64,000 bases of DNA, taken from contig OZ024742.1 of assembly GCA_964016885.1 (NCBI GenBank), positions 164,920,001-164,984,000 of the forward strand. Direction: 5' to 3'. The position numbers and the translations under genes are program-made. Origin of the DNA: Eledone cirrhosa. Its lineage: Eukaryota. Below are positions 26,001 through 41,300 of this stretch, one piece after another (the stretch's first letter is position 1; each line of letters opens with the position of its first letter). The notes under the pieces were generated by a model. That model was not told the DNA's origin and searched no databases. It was given only the letters and a program-made list of their open reading frames with translations.

Positions 26001-26790
26001 GGCTAGAAATTACCTCTCCTTGGACGGCTGGAAAATATGTCTCCTTGGACGGCTGGATATTATCTACCCTTGGACGGCTGGAAATTATCTCCCCTTGGAC
26101 GGCTGGAAATTATCTCCTCTTGGACGGCTAGATATTACCTCCCCTTGGACGGCTGGAAATTATCTCCCCTTGATTTTTTTACAAATTATCTCCCCCTGAT
26201 TTTTTTACAAATTATCTCCCCCTGATTTTTTTTACAAATTATCTCCGCCTAATTTTTTTAAATATTATCTTCCCTTGGCTGGCGGGAAATTATCTCCCCT
26301 TGGACGGCTGAAAATTATCTCCCCTTGGACGGCTGGAAATTATCTCCCCTTGATTTTTTTTACAAATTATCTCCCCCTGATTTTTTTTTACAAATTATCT
26401 CCCCCTGATTTTTTTTACAAATTATCTCCCCCTGATTTTTTTACAAATTATCTCCCCTTGGCTGGCTGGAAATTATCTCCCCTTGGAGGCTGGAATTTAT
26501 CTCCCCTTGGACGGCTAGAAATTACCTCTCCTTGGAAGGCTGGAAAATATGTCCTTGGACGGCTGGATATTATCTACCCTTGGACGGCTGGAAATTATCT
26601 CCCCTTGGACGGCTGGAAATTATCTCCCCTTGGACGGCTAGATATTACCTCCCCTTGTACGGCTGAAAATTATCTCCCCTTGGACGGCTGGAAATTATCT
26701 CCCCTTGATTTTTTTTACAAATTATCTCCCCCTGATTATTTTTTACAAATTATCCCCTGATTTTTTTTTTACAAATTATCTCCCCCTGAT
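20070..26790 (+). repeat. Higher-order tandem repeat, 3367/3342-bp unit, 2 copies
   Basis: Offset 3367 for 20395/23762 through 22158/25525, then 3342 for 22604/25946 and 22933/26275 (one 25-bp A unit fewer). Shared private variants: ACGAAGTATC, TTCTCTCACC, TTGTACGG. Confidence 0.92.
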
Positions 26791-28809
26791 TTTTTTTACA
26801 AATTATCTCCCCCTGATTTTTTTACAAATTATCTCCCCTTGGCTGGCTGGAAATTATCTCCCATTGGAGGCTGGAATTTATCTCCCCTTGGACGGTTAGA
26901 AATTACCTCCCCTTGGACGGCTGGAAAATATGTCTCCTTGGACGGCTGGAAATTATCGCCCCTTGGATGGCTGGAAATTATCTCCCCTTGGACGGCTGGA
27001 AATTATCTCTCATCGGACGGCTAGAAATTACCTCTCCTTGGACAGCTGAAAATTATCTCCCCTTGGACGGCTGGAAATTATCTCCCCTTGATTTTTTTTA
27101 CAAATTATCTCCCCCTGATTTTTTTTTACAAATTATCTCCCCCTAATTTTTTTTTACAAATTATCTCCCCCTGATTTTTTTTTACAAATTATCTCCCCCT
27201 GATATTTTTTACAAATTATCTCCCCCTGATTTTTTTACAAATTATCTCCCCTTGGCTGGCTGGAAATTATCTCCCCTTGGAGGCTGGAATTTATCTCCCC
27301 TTGGACGGCTAGAAATTACCTCGCCTTGGACGGCTGGAAAATATGTCTCCTTGGACGGCTGGAAATTATCTCCCCTTGGACGGCTGGAAATTATCTCCCC
27401 TTGGACAGCTGGAAATTATCTCCCCTTGGACGGCTAGATATTACCTCCCCTTGGACGGCTGGAAATTATCTCCCCTTGATTTTTTTTACAAATTATCTCC
27501 CCCTGATTTTTTTTTACAAATTATCTCCCCCTGATTTTTTTTTACGAATTATCTCCCCCCGATTTTTTTTTACAAATTACCTCCGCCTGATTTTTTTTTA
27601 AAAATTATCTCCCCTTGAACGGCTGGAAATTATCTCCCCTTGGACGGCTGGAAATTATCTCCCCTTGGACGGCTAGAAATTACCTCTCCTTGGACGGCTG
27701 AAAATTATCTCCCCTTGGACGGCTGCAAATTATCTCCCCTTGATTTTTTAACAAATTATCTCCCCCTGATTTTTTTTTACAAATTATCTCCCCCTGATTT
27801 TTTTTTACAAATTATCTCCCCCTGATTTTTTTTTACAAATTATCTCCCCCTGATTTTTTTTACAAATTATCTCCCCCTGATTTTTTTTACAATCTCCGCC
27901 TGATTTTTTAAAAAATTATCTTCCCTTGGCTGGCGGGAAATTATCTCCCCTTGGACGGCTGGAAATTATCTCCCCTTGGACGGCTGGAAATTATCTCCCC
28001 TTGGACAGCTGGAAATTATCTGCCCTTGATTTTGTTTTTACAAATTATCTCCCCCTGATTTTTTTTACAAATTATCTCCACCTGATTTTTTAAAAAATTA
28101 TCTCCCCTTGGACGGCTGGAAATTATCTCCCCTTGATTTTTTTACAAATTATCTCCCCCTGATTTTTTTTACAAATTATCTCCCCCTGATTTTATGTTAC
28201 AAATTATCTCCCCCTGATTTTTTTACAAATTATCTCCCCCTGATTTTTTTTACAAATTATCTCCGCCTGATTTTTTTAAATATTATCTTCCCTTGGCTGG
28301 CGGGAAATTATCTCCCCTTGGACGGCTGGAAATTATCTCCCCTTGATTTTTTTTACAAATTATCTCCCCCTGATTTTTTTTTACAAATTATCTCCCCCTG
28401 ATTTTTTTTTACAAATTATCTCCCCCTGATTTTTTTTTACAAATTATCTCCCCCTGATTTTTTTTTACAAATCTCCCCCTGATTTTTTTATAAATTATCT
28501 CCCCTTGGCTGGCTGGAAATTATCTCCCCTTGGAGGCTGGAATTTATCTCCCCTTGGACGGCTAGAAATTACCTCTCCTTGGATGGCTGGAAAATATGTC
28601 TCCTTGGACGGCTGGATATTATCTACCCTTGGACGGCTGGAAATTATCTCCCCTTGGACGGCTGGAAATTATCTCCCCTTGGACGGCTAGATATTACCTC
28701 CCATTGGACGGCTGGAAATTATCTCCCCTTGATTTTTTTTACAAATTATCTCCCCCTGATTTTTTTTTACGAATTATCTCCCCCTGATTTTTTTTTACAA
28801 ATTATCTCC

Positions 28810-31280
28810 GCCTGATTTTTTTTTAAAATTATCTCCCCTTGAACGGCTGGAAATTATCTCCCCTTGGACGGCTGGAAATTATCTCCCCTTGGACGGCTAG
28901 AAATTACCTCTCCTTGGACGGCTGAAAATTATCTCCCCTTGGACGGCTGCAAATTATCTCCCCTTGATTTTTTTAACAAATTATCTCCCCCTGATTTTTT
29001 TTTACAAATTATCTCCCCCTGATTTTTTTTTACAAATTATCTACGCCTAATTTTTTTTACAAATTATCTCCCCCTGATTTTTTTTTACAAATTATCTCCC
29101 CCTGATTTTTTTTACAAATTATCTCCCCCTGATTTTTTTTACAAATTATCTCCCCCTGATTTTTTTACAAATTATCTCCCCCCTGATTTTTTTTACAATC
29201 TCCGCCTGATTTTTTTAAAAATTATCTTCCCTTGGCTGGCGGGAAATTATCTCCCCTTGGACGGCTGGAAATTATATCCCCTTGGAAGGATGGAAATTAT
29301 CTCCCCTTGGACGGCTGGAAATTATCTCCCCTTGGACGGCTGGAAATTACCTCCCCTTGGACAGCTGGAAATTATCTGCCCTTGATTTTGTTTTTACAAA
29401 TTATCTCCCCCTGATTTTTTTTACAAATTATCTCCACCTGATTTTTTAAAAAATTATCTCCCCTTGGACGGCTGGAAATTATCTCCCCTTGATTTTTTTT
29501 ACAAATTATCTCCCCCTGATTTTTTTTTACAAATTATCTCCCCCTGATTTTTTTTACAAATTATCTCCCCCTGATTTTTTTTTACAAATTATTTCCCCCT
29601 GATTTTTTTACAAATTATCTCCCCCCTGATTTTTTTTACAATCTCCGCCTGATTTTTTTAAAAATTATCTTCCCTTGGCTGGCGGGAAATTATCTCCCCT
29701 TGGACGGCTGGAAATTATATCCCCTTGGAAGGATGGAAATTATCTCCCCTTGGACGGCTGGAAATTATCTCCCCTTGGACGGCTGGAAATTATCTCCCCT
29801 TGGACAGCTGGAAATTATCTGCCCTTGATTTTGTTTTTACAAATTATCTCCCCCTGATTTTTTTTACAAATTATCTCCACCTGATTTTTTAAAAAATTAT
29901 CTCCCCTTGGACGGCTGGAAATTATCTCCCCTTGATTTTTTTTACAAATTATCTCCCCCTGATTTTTTTTTACAAATTATCTCCCCCTGATTTTTTTTTA
30001 CAAATTATCTCCCCCTGATTTTTTTTTACAAATTATCTCACCCTGATTTTTTTTTTAAAATTATCTCCCCTTGAACGGCTGGAAATTATCTCCCCTTGGA
30101 CGGCTGGAAATTATCTCCCCTTGGACGGCTAGAAATTACCTCTCCTTGGACGGCTGAAAATTATCTCCCCTTGGACGGCTGCAAATTATCTCCCCTTGAT
30201 TTTTTTAACAAATTATCTCCCCCTGATTTTTTTTTACAAATTATCTCCCCCTGATTTTTTTTTACAAATTATCTACGCCTAATTTTTTTTACAAATTATC
30301 TCCCCCTGATTTTTTTTTACAAATTATCTCCCCCTGATTTTTTTTACAAATTATCTCCCCCTGATTTTTTTTACAAATTATCTCCCCCTGATTTTTTTAC
30401 AAATTATCTCCCCCCTGATTTTTTTTACAATCTCCGCCTGATTTTTTTAAAAATTATCTTCCCTTGGCTGGCGGGAAATTATCTCCCCTTGGACGGCTGG
30501 AAATTATATCCCCTTGGAAGGATGGAAATTATCTCCCCTTGGACGGCTGGAAATTATCTCCCCTTGGACGGCTGGAAATTACCTCCCCTTGGACAGCTGG
30601 AAATTATCTGCCCTTGATTTTGTTTTTACAAATTATCTCCCCCTGATTTTTTTTACAAATTATCTCCACCTGATTTTTTAAAAAATTATCTCCCCTTGGA
30701 CGGCTGGAAATTATCTCCCCTTGGACGGCTGGAAATTATCTCCCCTTGATTTTTTTTACAAATTATCTCCCCCTGATTTTTTTTTACAAATTATCTCCCC
30801 CTGATTTTTTTTTACAAATTATTTCCCCCTGATTTTTTTACAAATTATCTCCCCCCTGATTTTTTTTACAATCTCCGCCTGATTTTTTTAAAAATTATCT
30901 TCCCTTGGCTGGCGGGAAATTATCTCCCCTTGGACGGCTGGAAATTATATCCCCTTGGAAGGATGGAAATTATCTCCCCTTGGACGGCTGGAAATTATCT
31001 CCCCTTGGACGGCTGGAAATTATCTCCCCTTGGACAGCTGGAAATTATCTGCCCTTGATTTTGTTTTTACAAATTATCTCCCCCTGATTTTTTTTACAAA
31101 TTATCTCCACCTGATTTTTTAAAAAATTATCTCCCCTTGGACGGCTGGAAATTATCTCCCCTTGATTTTTTTTACAAATTATCTTCCCCTGATTTTTTTT
31201 TACAAATTATCTCCCCCTGATTTTTTTTTACAAATTATCTCCCCCTGATTTTTTTTTACAAATTATCTCACCCTGATTTT
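28810..31280 (+). repeat. Higher-order tandem repeat, ~1232-bp unit, 2 copies, each containing an internal ~442-bp doublet
   Basis: TTGAACGG at 28839/30071; ORFs 29232/30464 (1232) and 29675/30905 (1230). Internal offsets are 443 and 441. Confidence 0.85.
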
Positions 31281-34009
31281 TTTTACAAATTATCTCTCCC
31301 TGATTTTTTTACAAATTATCTCCCCTTGGCTGGCTGGAAATTATCTCCCCTTGGAGGCTGGAATTTATCTCCCCTTGGACGGCTAGAAATTACCTCTCCT
31401 TGGACGGCTGGAAAATATGTCTCCTTGGACGGCTGGATATTATCTACCCTTGGACGGCTGGAAATTATCTCCCCTTGGACGGCTGGAAATTATCTCCTCT
31501 TGGACGGCTAGATATTACCTCCCCTTGGACGGCTGGAAATTATCTCCCCTTGATTTTTTTACAAATTATCTCCCCCTGATTTTTTTACAAATTATCTCCC
31601 CCTGATTTTTTTTACAAATTATCTCCGCCTAATTTTTTTAAATATTATCTTCCCTTGGCTGGCGGGAAATTATCTCCCCTTGGACGGCTGAAAATTATCT
31701 CCCCTTGGACGGCTGGAAATTATCTCCCCTTGATTTTTTTTACAAATTATCTCCCCCTGATTTTTTTTTACAAATTATCTCCCCCTGATTTTTTTTACAA
31801 ATTATCTCCCCCTGATTTTTTTACAAATTATCTCCCCTTGGCTGGCTGGAAATTATCTCCCCTTGGAGGCTGGAATTTATCTCCCCTTGGACGGCTAGAA
31901 ATTACCTCTCCTTGGAAGGCTGGAAAATATGTCCTTGGACGGCTGGATATTATCTACCCTTGGACGGCTGGAAATTATCTCCCCTTGGACGGCTGGAAAT
32001 TATCTCCCCTTGGACGGCTAGATATTACCTCCCCTTGGACGGCTGAAAATTATCTCCCCTTGGACGGCTGGAAATTATCTCCCCTTGATTTTTTTTACAA
32101 ATTATCTCCCCCTGATTATTTTTTACAAATTATCCCCTGATTTTTTTTTTACAAATTATCTCCCCCTGATTTTTTTTACAAATTATCTCCCCCTGATTTT
32201 TTTACAAATTATCTCCCCTTGGCTGGCTGGAAATTATCTCCCATTGGAGGCTGGAATTTATCTCCCCTTGGACGGTTAGAAATTACCTCCCCTTGGACGG
32301 CTGGAAAATATGTCTCCTTGGACGGCTGGAAATTATCGCCCCTTGGACGGCTGGAAATTATCTCCCCTTGGACGGCTGGAAATTATCTCTCATCGGACGG
32401 CTAGAAATTACCTCTCCTTGGACAGCTGAAAATTATCTCCCCTTGGACGGCTGGAAATTATCTCCCCTTGATTTTTTTTACAAATTATCTCCCCCTGATT
32501 TTTTTTTACAAATTATCTCCCCCTGATTTTTTTTTACAAATTATCTCCCCCTGATATTTTTTACAAATTATCTCCCCCTGATTTTTTTACAAATTATCTC
32601 CCCTTGGCTGGCTGGAAATTATCTCCCCTTGGAGGCTGGAATTTATCTCCCCTTGGACGGCTAGAAATTACCTCGCCTTGGACGGCTGGAAAATATGTCT
32701 CCTTGGACGGCTGGAAATTATCTCCCCTTGGACGGCTGGAAATTATCTCCCCTTGGACAGCTGGAAATTATCTCCCCTTGGACGGCTAGATATTACCTCC
32801 CCTTGGACGGCTGGAAATTATCTCCCCTTGATTTTTTTTACAAATTATCTCCCCCTGATTTTTTTTTACAAATTATCTCCCCCTGATTTTTTTTTACGAA
32901 TTATCTCCCCCCGATTTTTTTTTACAAATTATCTCCCCTTGAACGGCTGGAAATTATCTCCCCTTGGACGGCTGGAAATTATCTCCCCTTGGACGGCTAG
33001 AAATTACCTCTCCTTGGACGGCTGAAAATTATCTCCCCTTGGACGGCTGCAAATTATCTCCCCTTGATTTTTTAACAAATTATCTCCCCCTGATTTTTTT
33101 TTACAAATTATCTCCCCCTGATTTTTTTTTACAAATTATCTCCCCCTGATTTTTTTACAAATTATCTCCCCCTGATTTTTTTTACAATCTCCGCCTGATT
33201 TTTTAAAAAATTATCTTCCCTTGGCTGGCGGGAAATTATCTCCCCTTGGACGGCTGGAAATTATCTCCCCTTGGACGGCTGGAAATTATCTCCCCTTGGA
33301 CAGCTGGAAATTATCTGCCCTTGATTTTGTTTTTACAAATTATCTCCCCCTGATTTTTTTTACAAATTATCTCCACCTGATTTTTTAAAAAATTATCTCC
33401 CCTTGGACGGCTGGAAATTATCTCCCCTTGATTTTTTTACAAATTATCTCCCCCTGATTTTTTTTACAAATTATCTCCCCCTGATTTTATGTTACAAATT
33501 ATCTCCCCCTGATTTTTTTACAAATTATCTCCCCCTGATTTTTTTTACAAATTATCTCCGCCTGATTTTTTTAAATATTATCTTCCCTTGGCTGGCGGGA
33601 AATTATCTCCCCTTGGACGGCTGGAAATTATCTCCCCTTGATTTTTTTTACAAATTATCTCCCCCTGATTTTTTTTTACAAATTATCTCCCCCTGATTTT
33701 TTTTTACAAATTATCTCCCCCTGATTTTTTTTTACAAATCTCCCCCTGATTTTTTTATAAATTATCTCCCCTTGGCTGGCTGGAAATTATCTCCCCTTGG
33801 AGGCTGGAATTTATCTCCCCTTGGACGGCTAGAAATTACCTCTCCTTGGATGGCTGGAAAATATGTCTCCTTGGACGGCTGGATATTATCTACCCTTGGA
33901 CGGCTGGAAATTATCTCCCCTTGGACGGCTGGAAATTATCTCCCCTTGGACGGCTAGATATTACCTCCCATTGGACGGCTGGAAATTATCTCCCCTTGAT
34001 TTTTTTTAC

Positions 34010-37000
34010 AAACTATCTCCCCCTGATTTTTTTTTACGAATTATCTCCCCCTGATTTTTTTTTACAAATTATCTCCGCCTGATTTTTTTTTTAAAATTAT
34101 CTCCCCTTGAACGGCTGGAAATTATCTCCCCTTGGACGGCTGGAAATTATCTCCCCTTGGACGGCTAGAAATTACCTCTCCTTGGACGGCTGAAAATTAT
34201 CTCCCCTTGGACGGCTGCAAATTATCTCCCCTTGATTTTTTTAACAAATTATCTCCCCCTGATTTTTTTTTACAAATTATCTCCCCCTGATTTTTTTTTA
34301 CAAATTATCTACGCCTAATTTTTTTTACAAATTATCTCCCCCTGATTTTTTTTTACAAATTATCTCCCCCTGATTTTTTTTACAAATTATCTCCCCCTGA
34401 TTTTTTTTACAAATTATCTCCCCCTGATTTTTTTACAAATTATCTCCCCCCTGATTTTTTTTACAATCTCCGCCTGATTTTTTTAAAAATTATCTTCCCT
34501 TGGCTGGCGGGAAATTATCTCCCCTTGGACGGCTGGAAATTATATCCCCTTGGAAGGATGGAAATTATCTCCCCTTGGACGGCTGGAAATTATCTCCCCT
34601 TGGACGGCTGGAAATTACCTCCCCTTGGACAGCTGGAAATTATCTGCCCTTGATTTTGTTTTTACAAATTATCTCCCCCTGATTTTTTTTACAAATTATC
34701 TCCACCTGATTTTTTAAAAAATTATCTCCCCTTGGACGGCTGGAAATTATCTCCCCTTGGACGGCTGGAAATTATCTCCCCTTGATTTTTTTTACAAATT
34801 ATCTCCCCCTGATTTTTTTTTACAAATTATCTCCCCCTGATTTTTTTTTACAAATTATCTACCCCTGATTTTTTTTTACAAATTATCTCCCCCTGATTTT
34901 TTTTACAAATTATCTCTCCCTGATTTTTTTTTACAAATTATCTCCCCCTGATTTTTTTTTACAAATTATCTACCCCTGATTTTTTTTTACAAATTATCTC
35001 CCCCTGATTTTTTTTACAAATTATCTCCCCCTGATTTTTTTTACAAATTATCTCCCCCTGATTTTTTTACAAATTATCTCCCCCCGATTTTTTTTACAAA
35101 TTATCTCCGCCTAATTTTTTTAAATATTATCTTCCCTTGGCTGGAGGGAAATTATCTCCCCTTGGACGGCTGAAAATTATCTCCCCTTGGACGGCTGGAA
35201 ATTATCTCCCCTTGATTTTTTTACAAATTATCTCCCCCTGATTATTTTTTACAAATTATCTCCCCCTGATTTTTTTTTACAAATTATCTCCCTCTGATTT
35301 TTTTTACAAATTATCTCCCCTTGGCTGGCTGGAAATTATCTCCCCTTGGAGGCTGGAATTTATCTCCACTTGGACGGTTAGAAATTACCTCTCCTTGGAC
35401 TGCTGGAAAATATGTCTCCTTGGACGGCTGGAAATTATCTCCCCTTGGACGGCTGGAAATTATCTCCCCTTGGACGGCTGGAAATTATCTCTCCTCGGAC
35501 GACTAGAAATTACCTCTCCTTGGACAGCTGAAAATTATCTCCCCTTGGACGGCTGGAAATTATCTCCCCTTGATTTTTTTTACAAATTATCTCCCCCCGA
35601 TTTTTTTTTACAAATTATCTCCCCCTGATTTTTTTTTACAAATTATCTCCCCCTGATTTTTTTTACAAATTATCTCCCCCTGATATTTTTTACAAATTAT
35701 CTCCCCCTGATTTTTTACAAATTATCTCCCCTTGGCTGGCTGGAAATTATCTCCCCTTGGAGGCTGGAATTTATCTCCCCTTGGACGGCTAGAAATTACC
35801 TCGCCTTGGACGGCTGGAAAATATGTCTCCTTGGACGGCTGGAAATTATCTCCCCTTGGACGGCTGGAAATTATCTCCCCTTGGACGGCTGGAAATTATC
35901 TCCCCTTGGACGGCTAGATATTACCTCCCCTTGGACGGCTGGAAATTATCTCCCCTTGATTTTTTTTACAAATTACCTCCCCCTGATTTTTTTTTACAAA
36001 TTATCTCCCCCTGATTTTTTTTTACGAATTATCTCCCCCTGATTTTTTTTTACAAATTATCTCCGCCTGATTTTTTTTTTTAAATTATCTCCCCTTGAAC
36101 GGCTGGAAATTATCTCCCCTTGGACGGCTGGAAATTATCTCCCCTTGGACGGCTAGAAATTACCTCTCCTTGGACGGCTGAAAATTATCTCCCCTTGGAC
36201 GGCTGCAAATTATCTCCCCTTGATTTTTTTAACAAATTATCTCCCCCTGATTTTTTTTTACAAATTATCTCCCCCTGATTTTTTTTTACAAATTATCTAC
36301 GCCTAATTTTTTTTACAAATTATCTCCCCCTGATTTTTTTTTACAAATTATCTCCCCCTGATTTTTTTTACAAATTATCTCCCCCTGATTTTTTTTACAA
36401 ATTATCTCCCCCTGATTTTTTTACAAATTATCTCCCCCCTGATTTTTTTTACAATCTCCGCCTGATTTTTTTAAAAATTATCTTCCCTTGGCTGGCGGGA
36501 AATTATCTCCCCTTGGACGGCTGGAAATTATATCCCCTTGGAAGGATGGAAATTATCTCCCCTTGGACGGCTGGAAATTATCTCCCCTTGGACGGCTGGA
36601 AATTACCTCCCCTTGGACAGCTGGAAATTATCTGCCCTTGATTTTGTTTTTACAAATTATCTCCCCCTGATTTTTTTTACAAATTATCTCCACCTGATTT
36701 TTTAAAAAATTATCTCCCCTTGGACGGCTGGAAATTATCTCCCCTTGGACGGCTGGAAATTATCTCCCCTTGATTTTTTTTACAAATTATCTCCCCCTGA
36801 TTTTTTTTTACAAATTATCTCCCCCTGATTTTTTTTTACAAATTATCTACCCCTGATTTTTTTTTACAAATTATCTCCCCCTGATTTTTTTTACAAATTA
36901 TCTCTCCCTGATTTTTTTTTACAAATTATCTCCCCCTGATTTTTTTTTACAAATTATCTACCCCTGATTTTTTTTTACAAATTATCTCCCCCTGATTTTT

Positions 37001-38370
37001 TTTACAAATTATCTCCCCCTGATTTTTTTTACAAATTATCTCCCCCTGATTTTTTTACAAATTATCTCCCCCCGATTTTTTTTACAAATTATCTCCGCCT
37101 AATTTTTTTAAATATTATCTTCCCTTGGCTGGCGGGAAATTATCTCCCCTTGGACGGCTGAAAATTATCTCCCCTTGGACGGCTGGAAATTATCTCCCCT
37201 TGATTTTTTTACAAATTATCTCCCCCTGATTATTTTTTACAAATTATCTCCCCCTGATTTTTTTTTACAAATTATCTCCCTCTGATTTTTTTTACAAATT
37301 ATCTCCCCTTGGCTGGCTGGAAATTATCTCCCCTTGGAGGCTGGAATTTATCTCCACTTGGACGGTTAGAAATTACCTCTCCTTGGACTGCTGGAAAATA
37401 TGTCTCCTTGGACGGCTGGAAATTATCTCCCCTTGGACGGCTGGAAATTATCTCCCCTTGGACGGCTGGAAATTATCTCTCCTCGGACGACTAGAAATTA
37501 CCTCTCCTTGGACAGCTGAAAATTATCTCCCCTTGGACGGCTGGAAATTATCTCCCCTTGATTTTTTTTACAAATTATCTCCCCCCGATTTTTTTTTACA
37601 AATTATCTCCCCCTGATTTTTTTTTACAAATTATCTCCCCCTGATTTTTTTTACAAATTATCTCCCCCTGATATTTTTTACAAATTATCTCCCCCTGATT
37701 TTTTTACAAATTATCTCCCCTTGGCTGGCTGGAAATTATCTCCCCTTGGAGGCTGGAATTTATCTCCCCTTGGACGGCTAGAAATTACCTCGCCTTGGAC
37801 GGCTGGAAAATATGTCTCCTTGGACGGCTGGAAATTATCTCCCCTTGGACGGCTGGAAATTATCTCCCCTTGGACGGCTGGAAATTATCTCCCCTTGGAC
37901 GGCTAGATATTACCTCCCCTTGGACGGCTGGAAATTATCTCCCCTTGATTTTTTTTACAAATTACCTCCCCCTGATTTTTTTTTACAAATTATCTCCCCC
38001 TGATTTTTTTTTACGAATTATCTCCCCCTGATTTTTTTTTACAAATTATCTCCGCCTGATTTTTTTTTTAAAATTATCTCCCCTTGAACGGCTGGAAATT
38101 ATCTCCCCTTGGACGGCTGGAAATTATCTCCCCTTGGACGGCTAGAAATTACCTCTCCTTGGACGGCTGAAAATTATCTCCCCTTGGACGGCTGCAAATT
38201 ATCTCCCCTTGATTTTTTAACAAATTATCTCCCCCTGATTTTTTTTTACAAATTATCTCCCCCTGATTTTTTTTTACAAATTATCTACGCCTAATTTTTT
38301 TTACAAATTATCTCCCCCTGATTTTTTTTTACAAATTATCTCCCCCTGATTTTTTTTACAAATTATCTCC
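34010..38370 (+). repeat. Second occurrence of the ~1988-bp tandem repeat, inside the large duplication
   Basis: ORF pairs 34500/36488, 35321/37309 and 35732/37721. Confidence 0.9.
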
Positions 38371-41300
38371 CCCTGATTTTTTTTTACAAATTATTTCCCC
38401 CTGATTTTTTTACAAATTATCTCCCCCCTGATTTTTTTTACAATCTCCGCCTGATTTTTTTAAAAATTATCTTGCCTTGGCTGGCGGGAAATTATCTCCC
38501 CTTGGACGGCTGGAAATTATATCCCCTTGGACGGCTGGAAATTACCTCCCCTTGGACAGCTGGAAATTATCTGCCCTTGATTTTGTTTTTACAAATTATC
38601 TCCCCCTGATTTTTTTTACAAATTATCTCCACCTGATTTTTTAAAAAATTATCTCCCCTTGGACGGCTGGAAATTATCTCCCCTTGATTTTTTTACAAAT
38701 TATCTCCCCCTGATTTTTTTTACAAATTATCTCCCCCTGATTTTTTTTTACAAATTATCTCCCCCTGATTTTTTTACAAATTATCTCCCCCTGATTTTTT
38801 TTACAAATTATCTCCGCCTGATTTTTTTAAATATTATCTTCCCTTGGCTGGCGGGAAATTATCTCCCCTTGGACGGCTGAAAATTATCTCCCCTTGGACG
38901 GCTGGAAATTATCTCCCCTTGATTTTTTTTACAAATTATCTCCCCCTGATTTTTTTTTACAAATTATCTCCCCCTGATTTTTTTTTACAAATTATCTCCC
39001 CCTGATTTTTTTTTACAAATTATCTGCCCCTGATTTTTTTTACAAATTATCTCCCCCTGATTTTTTTACAAATTATCTCCCCTTGGCTGGCTGGAAATTA
39101 TCTCCCCTTGGACACTGTAAATTATAGCCCCTTGGAGGGCTGGAAATTATCTTACCTTGGACGGCTGGAAATTATCTCTGCTTGATTTTTTTTACAAATT
39201 ATCTCCCCCTGATTTTTTTTTACAAATTATCCCCCCCGATTTTTTTTACAAATTATCTCCCCCTGATTTTTTTTACAAATTATCTCCCCTTGGACGGCTG
39301 GAAATTATCTCCCCTTGGACGGCTGGAAATTATCTCTCCTTGGACGGCTAGAAATTACCTCTCCTTGGACGACTGAAAATTATCTCCCCTTGGACGGCTG
39401 CAAATTATCTCCCCTTGATTTCTTTTACAAATTATCTCCGCCTGATTTTTTTTTTTAAATTATCTCCCCTTGGACGGCTGGAAATTACCTCCCCTTGGAC
39501 GGCTGGAAATTATCTCCCCTTGGACGGCTAGAAATTACCTCTCATTGGACGGCTGAAAATTATCTCCCCTTGGACGGCTGGAAATTATCTCCCCTTGATT
39601 TTTTTTACAAATTATCTCCCCCTGATTTTTTTTTTACAAATTATCTCCGCCTGATTTTTTTTTAAAATTATCTCTCCTTGGACGGCTGGATATTATCTCC
39701 CCTTTCATTTTTTTTACAAATTATCTCCCCCTGATTTTTTTTTACAAATTATCTCCCCCTGATTTTTTTTTACAAATTATCTACCCCTAATTTTTTTTTA
39801 CAAATTATCTCCCCCTGATTTTTTTTACAAATTATCTCCCCCTGATTTTTTTTTTACAAATTATCTCCCCCTGATTTTTTTACAAATTATCTCCCCCTGA
39901 TTTTTTTTACAAATTATCTCCGCCTGATTTTTTTAAATATTATCTTCTCTTGGCTGGCGGGAAATTATCTCCCCTTGGAGGGCTGAAAATTATCTCCCCT
40001 TGGACGGCTGGAAATTATCTCCCCTTGATTTTTTTTACAAATTATCTCCCCCTGATTTTTTTTTACAAATTATCTCCCCCTGATTTTTTTTACAAATTAT
40101 CTCCCCCTGATTTTTTTTTACAAATTATCTCCCCCTGATTTTTTTTTACAAATTATCTACCCCTGATTTTTTTTTACAAATTATCTCCCCCTGATTTTTT
40201 TTACAAATTATCTCTCCCTGATTTTTTTTTACAAATTATCTCCCCCTGATTTTTTTTTACAAATTATCTACCCCTGATTTTTTTTTTACAAATTATCTCC
40301 CCCTGATTTTTTTTACAAATTATTTCCCCCTGATTTTTTTTACAAATTATCTCCCCCTGATTTTTTTACAAATTATCTCCCCCCGATTTTTTTTACAAAT
40401 TATCTCCGCCTAATTTTTTTAAATATTATCTTCCCTTGGCTGGCGGGAAATTATCTCCCCTTGGACGGCTGAAAATTATCTCCCCTTGGACGGCTGGAAA
40501 TTATCTCCCCTTGATTTTTTTACAAATTATCTCCCCTTGATTATTTTTTACAAATTATCTCCCCCTGATTTTTTTTTACAAATTATCTCCCTCTGATTTT
40601 TTTTACAAATTATCTCCCCTTGGCTGGCTGGAAATTATCTCCCCTTGGAGGCTGGAATTTATCTCCCCTTGGACGGTTAGAAATTACCTCTCCTTGGACT
40701 GCTGGAAAATATGTCTCCTTGGACGGCTGGAAATTATCTCCCCTGGGACGGCTGGAAATTATCTCCCCTTGGACGGCTGGAAATTATCTCTCCTCGGACG
40801 ACTAGAAATTACCTCTCCTTGGACAGCTGAAAATTATCTCCCCTTGGACGGCTGGAAATTATCTCCCCTTGATTTTTTTTACAAATTATCTCCCTCTGAT
40901 TTTTTTTTACAAATTATCTCCCCCTGATTTTATTTTACAAATTATCTCCCCCTGATTTTTTTTACAAATTATCTGCCCCTGATATTTTTTACAAATTATA
41001 TCCCCCTGATTTTTTTACAAATTATCTCCCCTTGGCTGGCTGGAAATTATCTCCCCTTGGAGGCTGGAATTTATCTCCCCTTGGACGGCTAGAAATTACC
41101 TCGCCTTGGACGGCTGGAAAATATGTCTCCTTGGACGGCTGGAAATTATCTCCCCTTGGACGGCTGGAAATTATCTCCCCTTGGACGGCTAGATATTACC
41201 TCCCCTTGGACGGCTGGAAATTATCTCCCCTTGATTTTTTTTACAAATTATCTCCCCCTGATTTTTTTTTACAAATTATCTCCCCCTGATTTTTTTTACA

